From contig CAZIUH010000003.1 in assembly GCA_964542675.1 (NCBI GenBank), positions 8,932-64,208 on the forward strand: a stretch of 55,277 nucleotides of DNA, read 5' to 3'. Numbering within the stretch: the first letter of the stretch is position 1; each line of letters opens with the position of its first letter. The DNA comes from an uncultured Candidatus Saccharibacteria bacterium (lineage in GTDB: Bacteria > Patescibacteriota > Minisyncoccia > Phycocordibacterales > PALSA-1337). Positions 1 through 8,991 of the stretch are shown here, in pieces. The translations under genes and the position numbers were made by a program. The notes below the pieces were generated by a model. The model did no database searches, was not told where the DNA came from, and saw only the letters and a list, made by a program, of their open reading frames with translations.

Positions 1-189
1 CTGAAAATTGCTCCGCAATTTTCCTCTCCTCACTTCGTTCGGAGCGCCGGGATTCTGTCCTTACAGGACCAGTACAGGTTTCGTATTTTCTCAAAGCGAA
101 GCTTCTCGAAAATATACTCAACCTTTTCAAATCCCTGAAAATTGCTCCGCAATTTTCCTCTCCTCACTTCGTTCGGAGCGCCGGGATTC
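1..189 (-). repeat. 55-bp exact direct repeat (1-55 and 135-189, period 134) including the last 17 nt of tRNA-Pro
   Basis: ctgaaaattgctccgcaattttcctctcctcacttcgttcggagcgccgggattc occurs at 1-55 and 135-189; the first copy is cut by the window edge. Confidence 0.95.
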
Positions 190-245
190 GAACCCGGAGT
201 CACCTCTTCCCAAAAGAGGCATGTTAGCCGTTACACCACGCTCCG
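173..245 (-). tRNA. tRNA-Pro(TGG), CCA not encoded
   Basis: Reverse complement CGGAGCGTGGTGTAACGGCTAACATGCCTCTTTTGGGAAGAGGTGACTCCGGGTTCGAATCCCGGCGCTCCGA: acceptor stem, anticodon arm CCTCT-TT-TGG-GA-AGAGG, GTTCGAATC T-loop. Confidence 0.95.
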
Positions 246-349
246 GTGATGCACTTCAGCGTAACATATTATTTCTAAGATTCATAATTTTAACGGTAAT
301 AGCAAGGCAATATTATTTTTCACAGCCGAGAACTTGTTTGAATGGAGTA

Positions 350-412
350 TAATTTGTTAGACATTTTGGCTCTGCATGTTATGCCCCGTGAGCCAAAATG
401 TCTAACAAATTA
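350..412. repeat. 23-bp perfect inverted repeat with 17-nt loop
   Basis: taatttgttagacattttggctc (350-372) / gagccaaaatgtctaacaaatta (390-412), downstream of yraN. Confidence 0.85.
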
Positions 413-464
413 ACGACATGAGTCTCGCAGGATGTGAAAAATAATATTGCCTTGCTATTACACC

Positions 465-857
465 TTAAATAATAAGATTCTCTAACCATTTCACATGAGC
501 GCGATGGGTATTCATATTCAAAAAAACACAGAGGACATGGAATCGGAATGGGGTCTCAAGTCCCTCACCCTTTTCTTCCAAATATGTTTCAATAATTCTC
601 CGCAAATGCTTGACCTTCCAGCCATCAACATTATCTTCTGGTCTATGAGTATCGAAATATTCCTCGGAAAAATCACCAATGACACTTTTCACTTCAAAGA
701 AATGAATCATTTTGTCTTTTTCGGCAACAATATCTAGTTCGCCCCATTTTTTCAAATAATTACGATCAAGTATATGAAAACCCTTGCCTATTATGAATCC
801 GCAAGCAATATTTTCACCAATATTCCCTTTTGCGCGTTTATGTAACACAGTATTCAT
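465..857 (-). CDS. yraN: YraN family (UPF0102) PD-(D/E)xK endonuclease
   Basis: GNIGENIA...ILDRNY..KWGELDIVA...FFEVKS motifs; start placed at MNTVLHK. Confidence 0.9.
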   Translation of the reverse strand: MNTVLHKRAKGNIGENIACGFIIGKGFHILDRNYLKKWGELDIVAEKDKMIHFFEVKSVIGDFSEEYFDTHRPEDNVDGWKVKHLRRIIETYLEEKGEGLETPFRFHVLCVFLNMNTHRAHVKWLENLII

Positions 858-986
858 GACCTTTAAAGTTATGAGATTGATAACTGGCTTAATCAAGCCA
901 TTTCTTCTTTAAGAACATTGTTCAAAAAGGCAAAATCTACATATTAAAGCCATTTTTCATGACTTTTATCACCATTGTACACAGAC

Positions 987-1370
987 TTATCCACTGTTAT
1001 ACACTTTTTTAATTCTCCTCATAAACACAAAGTAAAATTTATCTCCCACATTAAGATTATTAACAATCCTACAATATTCATCGCTATCTAAAACACTTCG
1101 GAGTCTCTTTATTTTGTCTGTATTCTCATCAAGGACTAAATCCACTTCAAAATCTGAAGAGGGATCCTGTCCTTTTGCGATTTTTTGATATTTTTCTTTT
1201 AGCGATTTCTCTGTCTGGAATGGTACTTCTTCAAACTTAGCATCATTTGAAAATTTGGTTTGGGTTAATCCTTCTCGGGCTATAAAAGACCAACCCTCTA
1301 AGGCTTTACCCTTACAAAGTTTATCAAATTCAGACTCTTGATTAAAAAGATACTCTGTTGTATTAGCCAT
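987..1370 (-). CDS. hypothetical protein
   Basis: 127-aa ORF from MANTTEY, downstream of tRNA-Gly; the longer ORF-track start overlaps the tRNA. Confidence 0.6.
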   Translation of the reverse strand: MANTTEYLFNQESEFDKLCKGKALEGWSFIAREGLTQTKFSNDAKFEEVPFQTEKSLKEKYQKIAKGQDPSSDFEVDLVLDENTDKIKRLRSVLDSDEYCRIVNNLNVGDKFYFVFMRRIKKVYNSG

Positions 1371-1391
1371 ATAATATACAGTTAAACTGTG

Positions 1392-1462
1392 TGCGGGTAG
1401 GGAGAATCGAACTCCCACCTCGTCCTTGGCAAGGACGCGTCCTACCATTAAACAATACCCGC
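1392..1462 (-). tRNA. tRNA-Gly(GCC), CCA not encoded
   Basis: Reverse complement GCGGGTATTGTTTAATGGTAGGACGCGTCCTTGCCAAGGACGAGGTGGGAGTTCGATTCTCCCTACCCGCA folds as a cloverleaf. Confidence 0.95.
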
Positions 1463-1529
1463 ATAATTTCAAAATTACTTTACGAGTATAACTTATTTTA
1501 TTATTTTATCAAAGTCTTTTTTCTTTTTG

Positions 1530-1601
1530 TGCGCCCGGTAGGACTCGAACCTACAAAATCAGTTCCGAAGACTGATGTGATATCCATTTCACCACGGGCG
1601 C
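1530..1601 (-). tRNA. tRNA-Arg(TCG), CCA not encoded
   Basis: Reverse complement GCGCCCGTGGTGAAATGGATATCACATCAGTCTTCGGAACTGATTTTGTAGGTTCGAGTCCTACCGGGCGCA; anticodon arm TCAGT-CT-TCG-GA-ACTGA. Confidence 0.93.
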
Positions 1602-1649
1602 GTTATATTATATTACCTCATATAGCAAAAAACCCCAAATTATGATAAA

Positions 1650-2641
1650 GTTTTCACGTGAAAACAACTCAAAATAATACGATACCAAATGAAATTGTAA
1701 ATACCGTTGAAACACTCGAAAAAGCGGGCTATCAAGCATATCTTGTTGGCGGTTGCGTTAGAGACATATTTCTCGGAAAAAAACCGAGGGACTGGGATAT
1801 TACGACAAACGCGAACCCCGGTGAAATTCAAGGGCTTTTCCCAAAAACTGTATACGAGAATGTATATGGAACCGTAGTTGTAATCAATGAGGCAACTGAA
1901 GATGATACATTGAGAAATGTTGAAGTAACCCCATATCGCCTTGAATCAAAATATACCGATCGTCGCCACCCTGACGAAGTTAAATTCAGCGAAAAGATAG
2001 AGGACGATCTAAAACGTAGAGATTTTACGGTAAACGCTATTGCCGTGTCCCTTTCAAATGGCGCTATAAAGGATATTATTGACTTATACGAGGGTTTCCA
2101 GGACATAAAGGACAAAGTTATCAAAGCTGTGGGAAATGCGCAGGATCGCTTCAATGAGGATGCTTTACGTATGATACGAGCGATTAGGCTTGCCGTTGAA
2201 CTTGGTTTCACGATTGAAACGATTACTTACAAGGCTATTTGTGATCAAAATATGATACTGAAGGATATAGCGATGGAGCGAATTCATGACGAATTCATTA
2301 AAATCCTCATGTCTCCTAGCCCTAAAAAAGGTATAGAAATACTACATGAAACTGGATTATTGTTTCACGTGACACCTGAATTGGAAAAAGGGATAGGGGT
2401 TTCACAACCTCAAGCTCATGCACATGATGTATGGGAACATTTACTTCGTAGCGTACAATGTGCCGCCGACAAGAGTTTCGGTCTTGAATTACGTCTTGCA
2501 GCCCTATTCCATGACATTTCCAAGCCGAAAACTAAGGGTATTTCACGTGAAACACAACAGATTACGTTTTATAGCCATGAAGTAATTGGTTCACGTGAAA
2601 CACGCAAGATTCTTGAAAAAATGAAGTTTTCACGTGAAATA
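1650..2641. promoter_or_regulatory. parS: cluster of five parS-like 16-bp palindromes (1650-1665, 2361-2376, 2539-2554, 2587-2602, 2626-2641)
   Basis: gttttcacgtgaaaac, tgtttcacgtgacacc, tatttcacgtgaaaca, tggttcacgtgaaaca, gttttcacgtgaaata versus consensus TGTTTCACGTGAAACA (1-4 mismatches). Confidence 0.8.
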
Positions 2642-3145
2642 ACAGATAAAGTAGCAAATCTTGTCCGTTGGCATATGTTTTTTTCCGATACCGAGTTAAT
2701 TACCCTTTCTGCCGTCCGCCGTATGATAGTAAATGTCGGAAAAGACAGCATTTGGGATCTTATGAACTTACGGTTATGTGACCGAGTTGGAACCGGACGC
2801 CCGAAAGAAAATCCATATCGACTAAGAAAGTACAAAGCAATGATAGAAGAAGCATTGCGAGACCCTATTTCGGTAAAAATGCTGAAGATTGACGGTAATA
2901 TAATAATGGAAATATGTAAGATTCCGGCATGTAATAAAGTCGGATATATTTTGAATGCCCTATTCGATGAAGTCTTGAATGATCCCACACTGAATACAAC
3001 TGGATACCTTGAAAAAAGGGCTATAGATATAGCCAATCTACCAGAAAATGAAATGAAAAGACTAGGTGAAATGGGAAAGGAAAGGAAAATGGAGGAAGAA
3101 GAAAAGAATGTTGAAGAAATACGAAAAAGGTATCATGTTCAATAG
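1658..3145 (+). CDS. cca: CCA tRNA nucleotidyltransferase (class II) with HD domain
   Basis: YLVGGCVRD, DWDITT, RRDFTVNA, DRFNEDALRMIRAIR and AALFHDISKP motifs. Confidence 0.92.
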   Translation: MKTTQNNTIPNEIVNTVETLEKAGYQAYLVGGCVRDIFLGKKPRDWDITTNANPGEIQGLFPKTVYENVYGTVVVINEATEDDTLRNVEVTPYRLESKYTDRRHPDEVKFSEKIEDDLKRRDFTVNAIAVSLSNGAIKDIIDLYEGFQDIKDKVIKAVGNAQDRFNEDALRMIRAIRLAVELGFTIETITYKAICDQNMILKDIAMERIHDEFIKILMSPSPKKGIEILHETGLLFHVTPELEKGIGVSQPQAHAHDVWEHLLRSVQCAADKSFGLELRLAALFHDISKPKTKGISRETQQITFYSHEVIGSRETRKILEKMKFSREITDKVANLVRWHMFFSDTELITLSAVRRMIVNVGKDSIWDLMNLRLCDRVGTGRPKENPYRLRKYKAMIEEALRDPISVKMLKIDGNIIMEICKIPACNKVGYILNALFDEVLNDPTLNTTGYLEKRAIDIANLPENEMKRLGEMGKERKMEEEEKNVEEIRKRYHVQ

Positions 3146-3187
3146 CCAAACTTTCTTGTGATTCATTGAGTAATTCTTGTCCTATTG

Positions 3188-3234
3188 TTATCCACAGGTA
3201 TGTCCTTTACAACCATATCTATCGGACATACAAT
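3188..3234 (+). promoter_or_regulatory. DnaA box followed by sigma70-type promoter
   Basis: TTATCCACA 3188-3196; TTTACA 3206-3211, 17 bp, TACAAT 3229-3234. Confidence 0.6.
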
Positions 3235-3803
3235 ATAGGACAGATCCGTTCGTTGTCCGAGGTGAAAAATATATTTTATGCAAAATTATTTCGTATCACT
3301 TTGTCTTTGTTTAATTCTGCGTAAAAATATTTATCTTGACGAACATTAGCTCCTTCATAAACCAGCGGTTCGGGTGGGACCGCGCTCCTTTTTTCATGAA
3401 GTCCGTAGTGTTATTTTTGCATCCTTCTGTTGCTAGGTCAAAAAGGTGATGTATCTCTTTTCACACATTATAAAGCCGTCTTCCAGACGAGCTATTCAAT
3501 CAAGAGATATGAACATCACTTACCTTATGGAACAGTTCGGATAGCACTTCCGTGGAATGACAGACTGAGGGTCATCATGGAAACAGCCCGTTGGGGGCTT
3601 AAGTTCTTTAGTTCGATTTTTAACGGACTTCAAAACCGCGTTAAGTTATTTCACTCTCGATATAACCACTGACGCGGTTTAACTTTGCCCAATATTTTCA
3701 GAAGGTCAGACCACCTAAATTATATCCTCAACATAAATACTCAAATATCTCACTCTTCATGCGATGATAAGTTCACAAAATGGCTTTTAGTAGAGCCGTA
3801 AAA

Positions 3804-4592
3804 TTACTCAATAACAATATCAATAGGGCAATGGTCAGAACCCATAATATTGTCCAAAATTCGCGTTTTTTTGACCCTTTTTATGAGTCCTTTACTTACA
3901 AAAAAGTAGTCCAATCTCCAGCCAATATTTCTATCTCTAGCGAATGTTTTCATATCCCACCATGTGTATGCTTCCGTTTTATTAGGATTGAAATATCGGA
4001 AGGTGTCAATATACCCAGATTCTATTACTCGATCTATCCATTCACGTTCAATAGGAAGAAAACCGGTATGATTTTCATTTTCCCGCGGTCGAGCCAAATC
4101 AATCTCTTGATGGGCGGTATTGACATCACCGCAGAAAATAATCTCATATCCATCTTTTAGGAGCGTATTCGCATGATTCAGAAACAGATCATAATATTCA
4201 AGTTTGAATTTCAATCTATCTGGACCACCACCACCGTTGGGGAAGTAGTTATTAAAAAGTGCTATTTTGCCAATGTCCTTTATAGGATTGTTGAAAAAAA
4301 GCCCTAAATATCGTCCCTCTTGGTCATATTCTGTAATTCCGAGCCCATATTCAATATTTTCTGGCTCTATCTTTGAATATGTAGCCACACCACTATATCC
4401 TTTTCGAAGCTTTGAATGATCAAAATATGAATGATATCCTTCAGGGTTTTTTATTCCTGTCTCCAATTGATCCGGATGTGCTTTCGTTTCCTGCAAACAT
4501 AAAATATCCGGCGACTCATTCAAGAACCAATCAAAACCGCCTTTTTTCACATTGGCGCGGAGTCCGTTCACATTCCATGAGATGATGCGCAT
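3804..4592 (-). CDS. xth: exodeoxyribonuclease III / AP endonuclease
   Basis: MRIISWNVNGLRA, LCLQETK, GYSGVA, GDVNTAH, WRLDYF, GSDHCP motifs. Confidence 0.95.
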   Translation of the reverse strand: MRIISWNVNGLRANVKKGGFDWFLNESPDILCLQETKAHPDQLETGIKNPEGYHSYFDHSKLRKGYSGVATYSKIEPENIEYGLGITEYDQEGRYLGLFFNNPIKDIGKIALFNNYFPNGGGGPDRLKFKLEYYDLFLNHANTLLKDGYEIIFCGDVNTAHQEIDLARPRENENHTGFLPIEREWIDRVIESGYIDTFRYFNPNKTEAYTWWDMKTFARDRNIGWRLDYFFVSKGLIKRVKKTRILDNIMGSDHCPIDIVIE

Positions 4593-4649
4593 GGGGTAAT
4601 GATAACACATCTTGAAAATGAAATATCTTTGAAAAATTCGGCCAAAAAA

Positions 4650-5582
4650 TCATTTCTTCCTGTTATGAAACTGCTTATGAACCCTTTTCAGTTCTGAGTC
4701 CGTAATATGCGTGTAGATCTGCGTTGTGCCGATATTCGCGTGACCTAGAAGCATTTGGACCGAGCGTAAATCTGCACCATTACCTAGAAGATCAGTTGCA
4801 AAACAGTGGCGGATTACATGCGGAGTAACCTTCTTGGAAATACCGGCTTTGATGGCGTAATACTTGATGATTCGCTCGATCGAACGGGAAGTCAGGCCGG
4901 GATCATCATTCACTTTTCTGTCATCACCGGCGATTTTCCCGAAAAGGGAATCGCCCATATCGACGCGCTTGTCCAAATACTTTTTTAGCGCGCGTTTTGC
5001 TTCATCGGAAATGAAAACGACTCGGACCTTGTCGCCTTTACCGCGAACAGACAATTCATCGCCATGAAGATCAATATCGCGAGGCAGGGAACAAAGTTCG
5101 GAAACACGCAGGCCGGTGGAAAACAGCAGTTCCAGAATTGCCTTATCGCGTAACGCTTTCAAATCTTCACCCTTCGGCGCTTCGAGCAATCTTTCCAATT
5201 CTTCGGGAGTGATCAAGTCTATATGTCTCTCTCCAACCTTGGCCAATTCTATATGTTCCGGGGATAGTGTGCTTATATTTCTCCTAGCCAGATATTTCAG
5301 GAACGCGCGCAGAGAAATGAGATAGTAATTTTGTGTTTTTTTCTTCAGGGTACCCTTAGACTCATTTGAACCACTCATCCTGCCGGATGATTGACGATTG
5401 AGCCATAATCGGAACTCTCGTAATGAGTCGGGGGTGATAGCCGATAGATTATCGTTCTTCAAAAAGTCGAAAAATCGAGTTAAATAATGATCATAATTCT
5501 CAACGGTTTTCAATGAACGCCCCTTTTCTATCTCAATATATTCCAAAAATTGTTGTTTTAGCGTTTTAAGATTGTGCGACAT
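4650..5582 (-). CDS. xerC: XerC/XerD-family tyrosine recombinase
   Basis: [55 protein letters not shown] (R-K-HxxR-H-Y); XerC versus XerD not resolved. Confidence 0.85.
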   Translation of the reverse strand: MSHNLKTLKQQFLEYIEIEKGRSLKTVENYDHYLTRFFDFLKNDNLSAITPDSLREFRLWLNRQSSGRMSGSNESKGTLKKKTQNYYLISLRAFLKYLARRNISTLSPEHIELAKVGERHIDLITPEELERLLEAPKGEDLKALRDKAILELLFSTGLRVSELCSLPRDIDLHGDELSVRGKGDKVRVVFISDEAKRALKKYLDKRVDMGDSLFGKIAGDDRKVNDDPGLTSRSIERIIKYYAIKAGISKKVTPHVIRHCFATDLLGNGADLRSVQMLLGHANIGTTQIYTHITDSELKRVHKQFHNRKK

Positions 5583-5657
5583 GCTTTCATTGTATCAATA
5601 GCGCTAGTATATAGGAAATCTTGCGCACGATACCTATTCATGCTACTATACATGATC

Positions 5658-5924
5658 ATGCTTACAGCCAAACAAAAGGTGAAAATTATCAAGGAAACGA
5701 ATATACACGACAAAGATACGGGTTCTCCGGAAGTTCAAGTTGCCTTACTTTCAAAAAGGATAGAGGAATTGACCTCACATTTGAAGAAACACAAGAAAGA
5801 TAATCATTCACGTCGTGGTTTGCTCGGTATGGTGGCGGACAGGCAAACTCATATGAATTATCTAAAGAAAAATCATCCTAGAAGATATTCGGCGATAGCA
5901 AAGAAGCTAGATTTGAAGAAATAA
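5658..5924 (+). CDS. rpsO: 30S ribosomal protein S15
   Basis: [12 protein letters not shown]...[16 protein letters not shown]; ATG at 5658. Confidence 0.97.
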   Translation: MLTAKQKVKIIKETNIHDKDTGSPEVQVALLSKRIEELTSHLKKHKKDNHSRRGLLGMVADRQTHMNYLKKNHPRRYSAIAKKLDLKK

Positions 5925-5987
5925 GCTATAATTCAATAGGTCTGTATTTTCATAAAGGCTTTTTATAAGTTCGTTAATAACATTTTT

Positions 5988-6506
5988 ATGTCAATAATAA
6001 AACATAAGGAACAGCGCGTCGGCATTTATATTGACGCGCAAAATCTATATCATAGTGGCAAGAATTTGTATCATTCAAAAGTCAATTTCGGACAGATCGT
6101 GAAAGACGCCTTGGACGGGCGTAAACTTGTCCGTGTCGTCGCGTATGTCATCGCCACAGAAACAGGTGAGGAAAACGCTTTTTTTGAAGCTCTGACAAAG
6201 GCAGGAATTGAAACGAAGGTAAAAGATTTGCAAGTTTTCAGTTCTGGCGTCAAGAAAGCAGACTGGGATGTGGGACTCGCGATAGACGCCGTCACGCTTT
6301 CGCCAAAATTGGATTCAATTGTACTCATTACGGGCGACGGTGATTTCGTACCGCTAGTGGAATACTTGCAGATGAATCAAGGCTGCCAAGTGGAAGTCGC
6401 TTCATTCGGCAAATCAACCTCAGCGAAACTTATTGAAGTAGCTGACAACTTCATGGATCTAGATGAAGCACCGAACAAATATTTGCTCAGGACGGGAAGG
6501 AAATAG
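5988..6506 (+). CDS. NYN domain protein (LabA/DUF88, PIN-like)
   Basis: IYIDAQNL, KKADWDVGLAIDA, LITGDGDFVPL motifs. Confidence 0.9.
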   Translation: MSIIKHKEQRVGIYIDAQNLYHSGKNLYHSKVNFGQIVKDALDGRKLVRVVAYVIATETGEENAFFEALTKAGIETKVKDLQVFSSGVKKADWDVGLAIDAVTLSPKLDSIVLITGDGDFVPLVEYLQMNQGCQVEVASFGKSTSAKLIEVADNFMDLDEAPNKYLLRTGRK

Positions 6507-6648
6507 GGGAAAGGAATAATTTTTAGAGATTTCAGCAATAATCAGCAGATGAATATTGAGTAAATGGGAAAATTGCCGCGGGTCTTGCATACGGCGATTT
6601 TTCTGTTAATATTCATTCTAGAAAACAACTCTCTTTGAAAGGAATGGT

Positions 6649-7104
6649 ATGAGGATAACTTTCGACGTAATAACGGAAGATTCACCGAATGTGTGGACTC
6701 TTTTCTCAGCACAGCGAATGGTACAATTGACAAGGCTCTTGCGCAATATCAACCCTAAATCAGTACCGGTTACAGATATAACATTGCGACAATTTTTCGA
6801 TCATTCCGGCACAATAGCGACGGCAATAAACTCCAATGGCAATATCGTTGGTATCGCTACTTTGATACTTTGTCACAAGATCGGCTGGCGTACTGCCCGG
6901 GTAGAGAATGTCTCCGTATTAAAAAGATACTCGGGACATAATATTGGTCGTGGACTCACGGAGATGATGATCTTTAGAGCAAGGGGTCTTGGGATAAGCC
7001 AGATTGACCTCATATGCAATCCGAAAAGGGAAAGGGCGAACGAGTTGTATGAAAAATTGGGGTTCAGAATAGAGCAAACAAATACACGCAGACTTATTTT
7101 ATAA
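6649..7104 (+). CDS. GNAT family N-acetyltransferase
   Basis: ARVENVSV..YSGHNIGRGL, L.CNPKRERANELYEKLGF. Confidence 0.85.
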   Translation: MRITFDVITEDSPNVWTLFSAQRMVQLTRLLRNINPKSVPVTDITLRQFFDHSGTIATAINSNGNIVGIATLILCHKIGWRTARVENVSVLKRYSGHNIGRGLTEMMIFRARGLGISQIDLICNPKRERANELYEKLGFRIEQTNTRRLIL

Positions 7105-7186
7105 GTTCTATAAATAAAGATTCACATCAGCGATATCAAGCGAAACACGCACGACTTCGCTTTGTTCTTTTCACTTCTCTCTTCAT

Positions 7187-7217
7187 GACCCATACTTCGG
7201 TATGGGTTTTGTTTTTT
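7187..7217 (+). terminator. intrinsic terminator
   Basis: acccatac-TTCG-gtatgggt followed by T-rich tract. Confidence 0.8.
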
Positions 7218-7275
7218 ATTAATATGATTTTATTATCTGTCACAAACAACTATCCATGGATGCTATAATCACCCC

Positions 7276-7674
7276 ATGAATTTACCTATTTTTCGCCGAT
7301 TTCAAATATTCCGTTCAATATTTCATACCCGTAGTCACAAACAATACCTCGCGTACAGAGAAACAGCACGCATGCTCATTACCGATCGGGTTAGACATTT
7401 CAATGTGCATTACGATTTACCCGTGAGAAAAATTGCCATCAGAAATCAGAAAAGCCGCTGGGGTAGTTGTTCAAAAAAGGGGAATCTAAATTTCAATTAT
7501 AAGCTCGCTCTCATGCCGGCGGAAATTCGCGACTATATCATAGTACATGAGATTTGCCATTTGAAAGAATTCAATCATGGTCGTGGATTTTGGAATCTAG
7601 TGAATGAAACTGTGCCGACTTACAAGGAAATGAGAAAAAAATTAAGAGAAATACATAAAATTGATTTAACCTGA
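7276..7674 (+). CDS. YgjP/DUF45-like M48 metal-dependent hydrolase
   Basis: QKSRWGSCS, DYIIVHEICHLKEFNHG (HExxH). Confidence 0.9.
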   Translation: MNLPIFRRFQIFRSIFHTRSHKQYLAYRETARMLITDRVRHFNVHYDLPVRKIAIRNQKSRWGSCSKKGNLNFNYKLALMPAEIRDYIIVHEICHLKEFNHGRGFWNLVNETVPTYKEMRKKLREIHKIDLT

Positions 7675-7746
7675 AAGACAAAGCAATAATAAATAGGTTA
7701 TACTAATACTTATCTGATTATTATAAACATCAATTATTTTCAATTC

Positions 7747-8235
7747 ATGAAAAAGAAAAACATTGTGGGATTGATTGTCGCCATCATTATTTCCGAACTC
7801 GCGGGAATTATCGGCGCCATATTCACAACCCCATCAATACCGACATGGTATGCCACGCTCGCGAAGCCAGCGCTCACGCCACCCGCTTGGGTATTCGGTC
7901 CGGTTTGGACAATATTATTCGCCCTTATGGGCATAGCGGCTTTCCTAATCTGGCGGAGCGGATGGGGAAGGAGAGATGTGAGATTCGCTCTCATGTTTTT
8001 CGCCATTCAGATGGTATTGAATATATTCTGGTCAATCATTTTCTTCGGATGGCATAATCCCGGCCTGGCATTTGTGGAAATTAATTTACTTTGGCTCGCC
8101 ATCCTAGTCACCATAGGCGTTTTCTCGAAAATTTCCAAAACAGCCGCGTGGTTATTATTACCTTACATTCTTTGGGTTAGTTTTGCCGTTTACTTGAATT
8201 ATTCCGTATGGCAACTTCTATCCGGTACTAACTAA
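7747..8235 (+). CDS. tspO: TspO/MBR tryptophan-rich sensory protein
   Basis: WYATLAKPALTPPAWVFGPVWTILF, LLLPYILWVSFAVYLN. Confidence 0.93.
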   Translation: MKKKNIVGLIVAIIISELAGIIGAIFTTPSIPTWYATLAKPALTPPAWVFGPVWTILFALMGIAAFLIWRSGWGRRDVRFALMFFAIQMVLNIFWSIIFFGWHNPGLAFVEINLLWLAILVTIGVFSKISKTAAWLLLPYILWVSFAVYLNYSVWQLLSGTN

Positions 8236-8245
8236 ACAATAAGAA

Positions 8246-8283
8246 GAAAACCGCGGTGTCCAGAAAAGGGAACGCGGTTTTTC
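8246..8283. terminator. probable bidirectional terminator hairpin
   Basis: aaaaccgcg...cgcggtttt between convergent genes. Confidence 0.6.
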
Positions 8284-8304
8284 GCCGGCACTGAGGTGGA
8301 AAGT

Positions 8305-8724
8305 CTAGTTCTGCTCGACGGGTTGAGTACGATTGACATACGCCACGCGTGTATCGGGTACAAGACCGTCTTTTCGAACAACGACTTCAACTCCTTTGCA
8401 ACGCGCCGCCAGACAATTATTGTCCTGAACAAAGTCTTTGAGCGCGCACCAGACACTTTCGCCGAGTTCCGTCAGGTTTTCCGGAGTTGGATTCATTTCT
8501 TTCGCCGACGAGAAATTCCGTATTCCGCTAATTTCGCAAATGATCTGCTCGCCGGTGTGTTTGTCTTGGAGCATATCAGATGAAAATGATATCTGAACAT
8601 CTTCGGGTTGACTATTCAGCGTTGGAATCTCCGCAACTATTTGTCTTAAATGCGAATGCAAGGCGCCAAGGCTGTTCTTTATCTCCTGAATGTCAGGGAT
8701 TTTATATATAATCAAATGTATCAT
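8305..8724 (-). CDS. hypothetical protein, paralog of 8992-9375
   Basis: 139-aa ORF with its own promoter and terminator; N-terminal pattern (LIIY.IP...LG.L.S.LR) shared with neighbour. Confidence 0.7.
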   Translation of the reverse strand: MIHLIIYKIPDIQEIKNSLGALHSHLRQIVAEIPTLNSQPEDVQISFSSDMLQDKHTGEQIICEISGIRNFSSAKEMNPTPENLTELGESVWCALKDFVQDNNCLAARCKGVEVVVRKDGLVPDTRVAYVNRTQPVEQN

Positions 8725-8794
8725 AAACTCACTCCGAATTGATTTTGCCCCATTTCACGCGTTGGTGCTGAATAGGGAAACTTTTCTAAACAGA

Positions 8795-8822
8795 ATACTA
8801 CTTGAATTGTAATTCCAGTCAA
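8795..8822 (-). promoter_or_regulatory. sigma70-type promoter
   Basis: TTGACT-16bp-TAGTAT on the minus strand. Confidence 0.55.
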
Positions 8823-8886
8823 GGAGCTGGATATAGTATTTAGAGAGTGTGACGATTTGAACAATAAATTTGAAAAACAGTAGAAA

Positions 8887-8918
8887 TAACCGCGAACCTC
8901 GTGAGAGGGGCGCGGTTA
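8887..8918 (-). terminator. terminator-like hairpin
   Basis: taaccgcg...cgcggtta, similar to the hairpin at 8246-8283. Confidence 0.55.
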
Positions 8919-8991
8919 ATGATATTGAGCAGATGAAAACTTCGCAGGAGATAATTTGATCATCGTCTTCATATGGCATTTGTGGTATATG

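Noticed and set aside
8-352. 114-aa ORF, and similarly 1391-1645 and 51271-51504
   Set aside because: Antisense shadows of tRNA genes and the tRNA-linked repeat; no protein features.
3390-3720. RNase P RNA, tmRNA or SRP RNA in the cca-xth spacer
   Set aside because: Diagnostic motifs (GAGGAAAGUCC plus 3' CGGCUUA, tRNA-like ends, SRP helix-8 loop) were not found on either strand.
4650-5582. Tyrosine recombinase as prophage, ICE or integron integrase
   Set aside because: Housekeeping XerC/D-like size and motifs, flanked by xth and rpsO; no IntI-type insertion, att-bounded cargo or phage genes.
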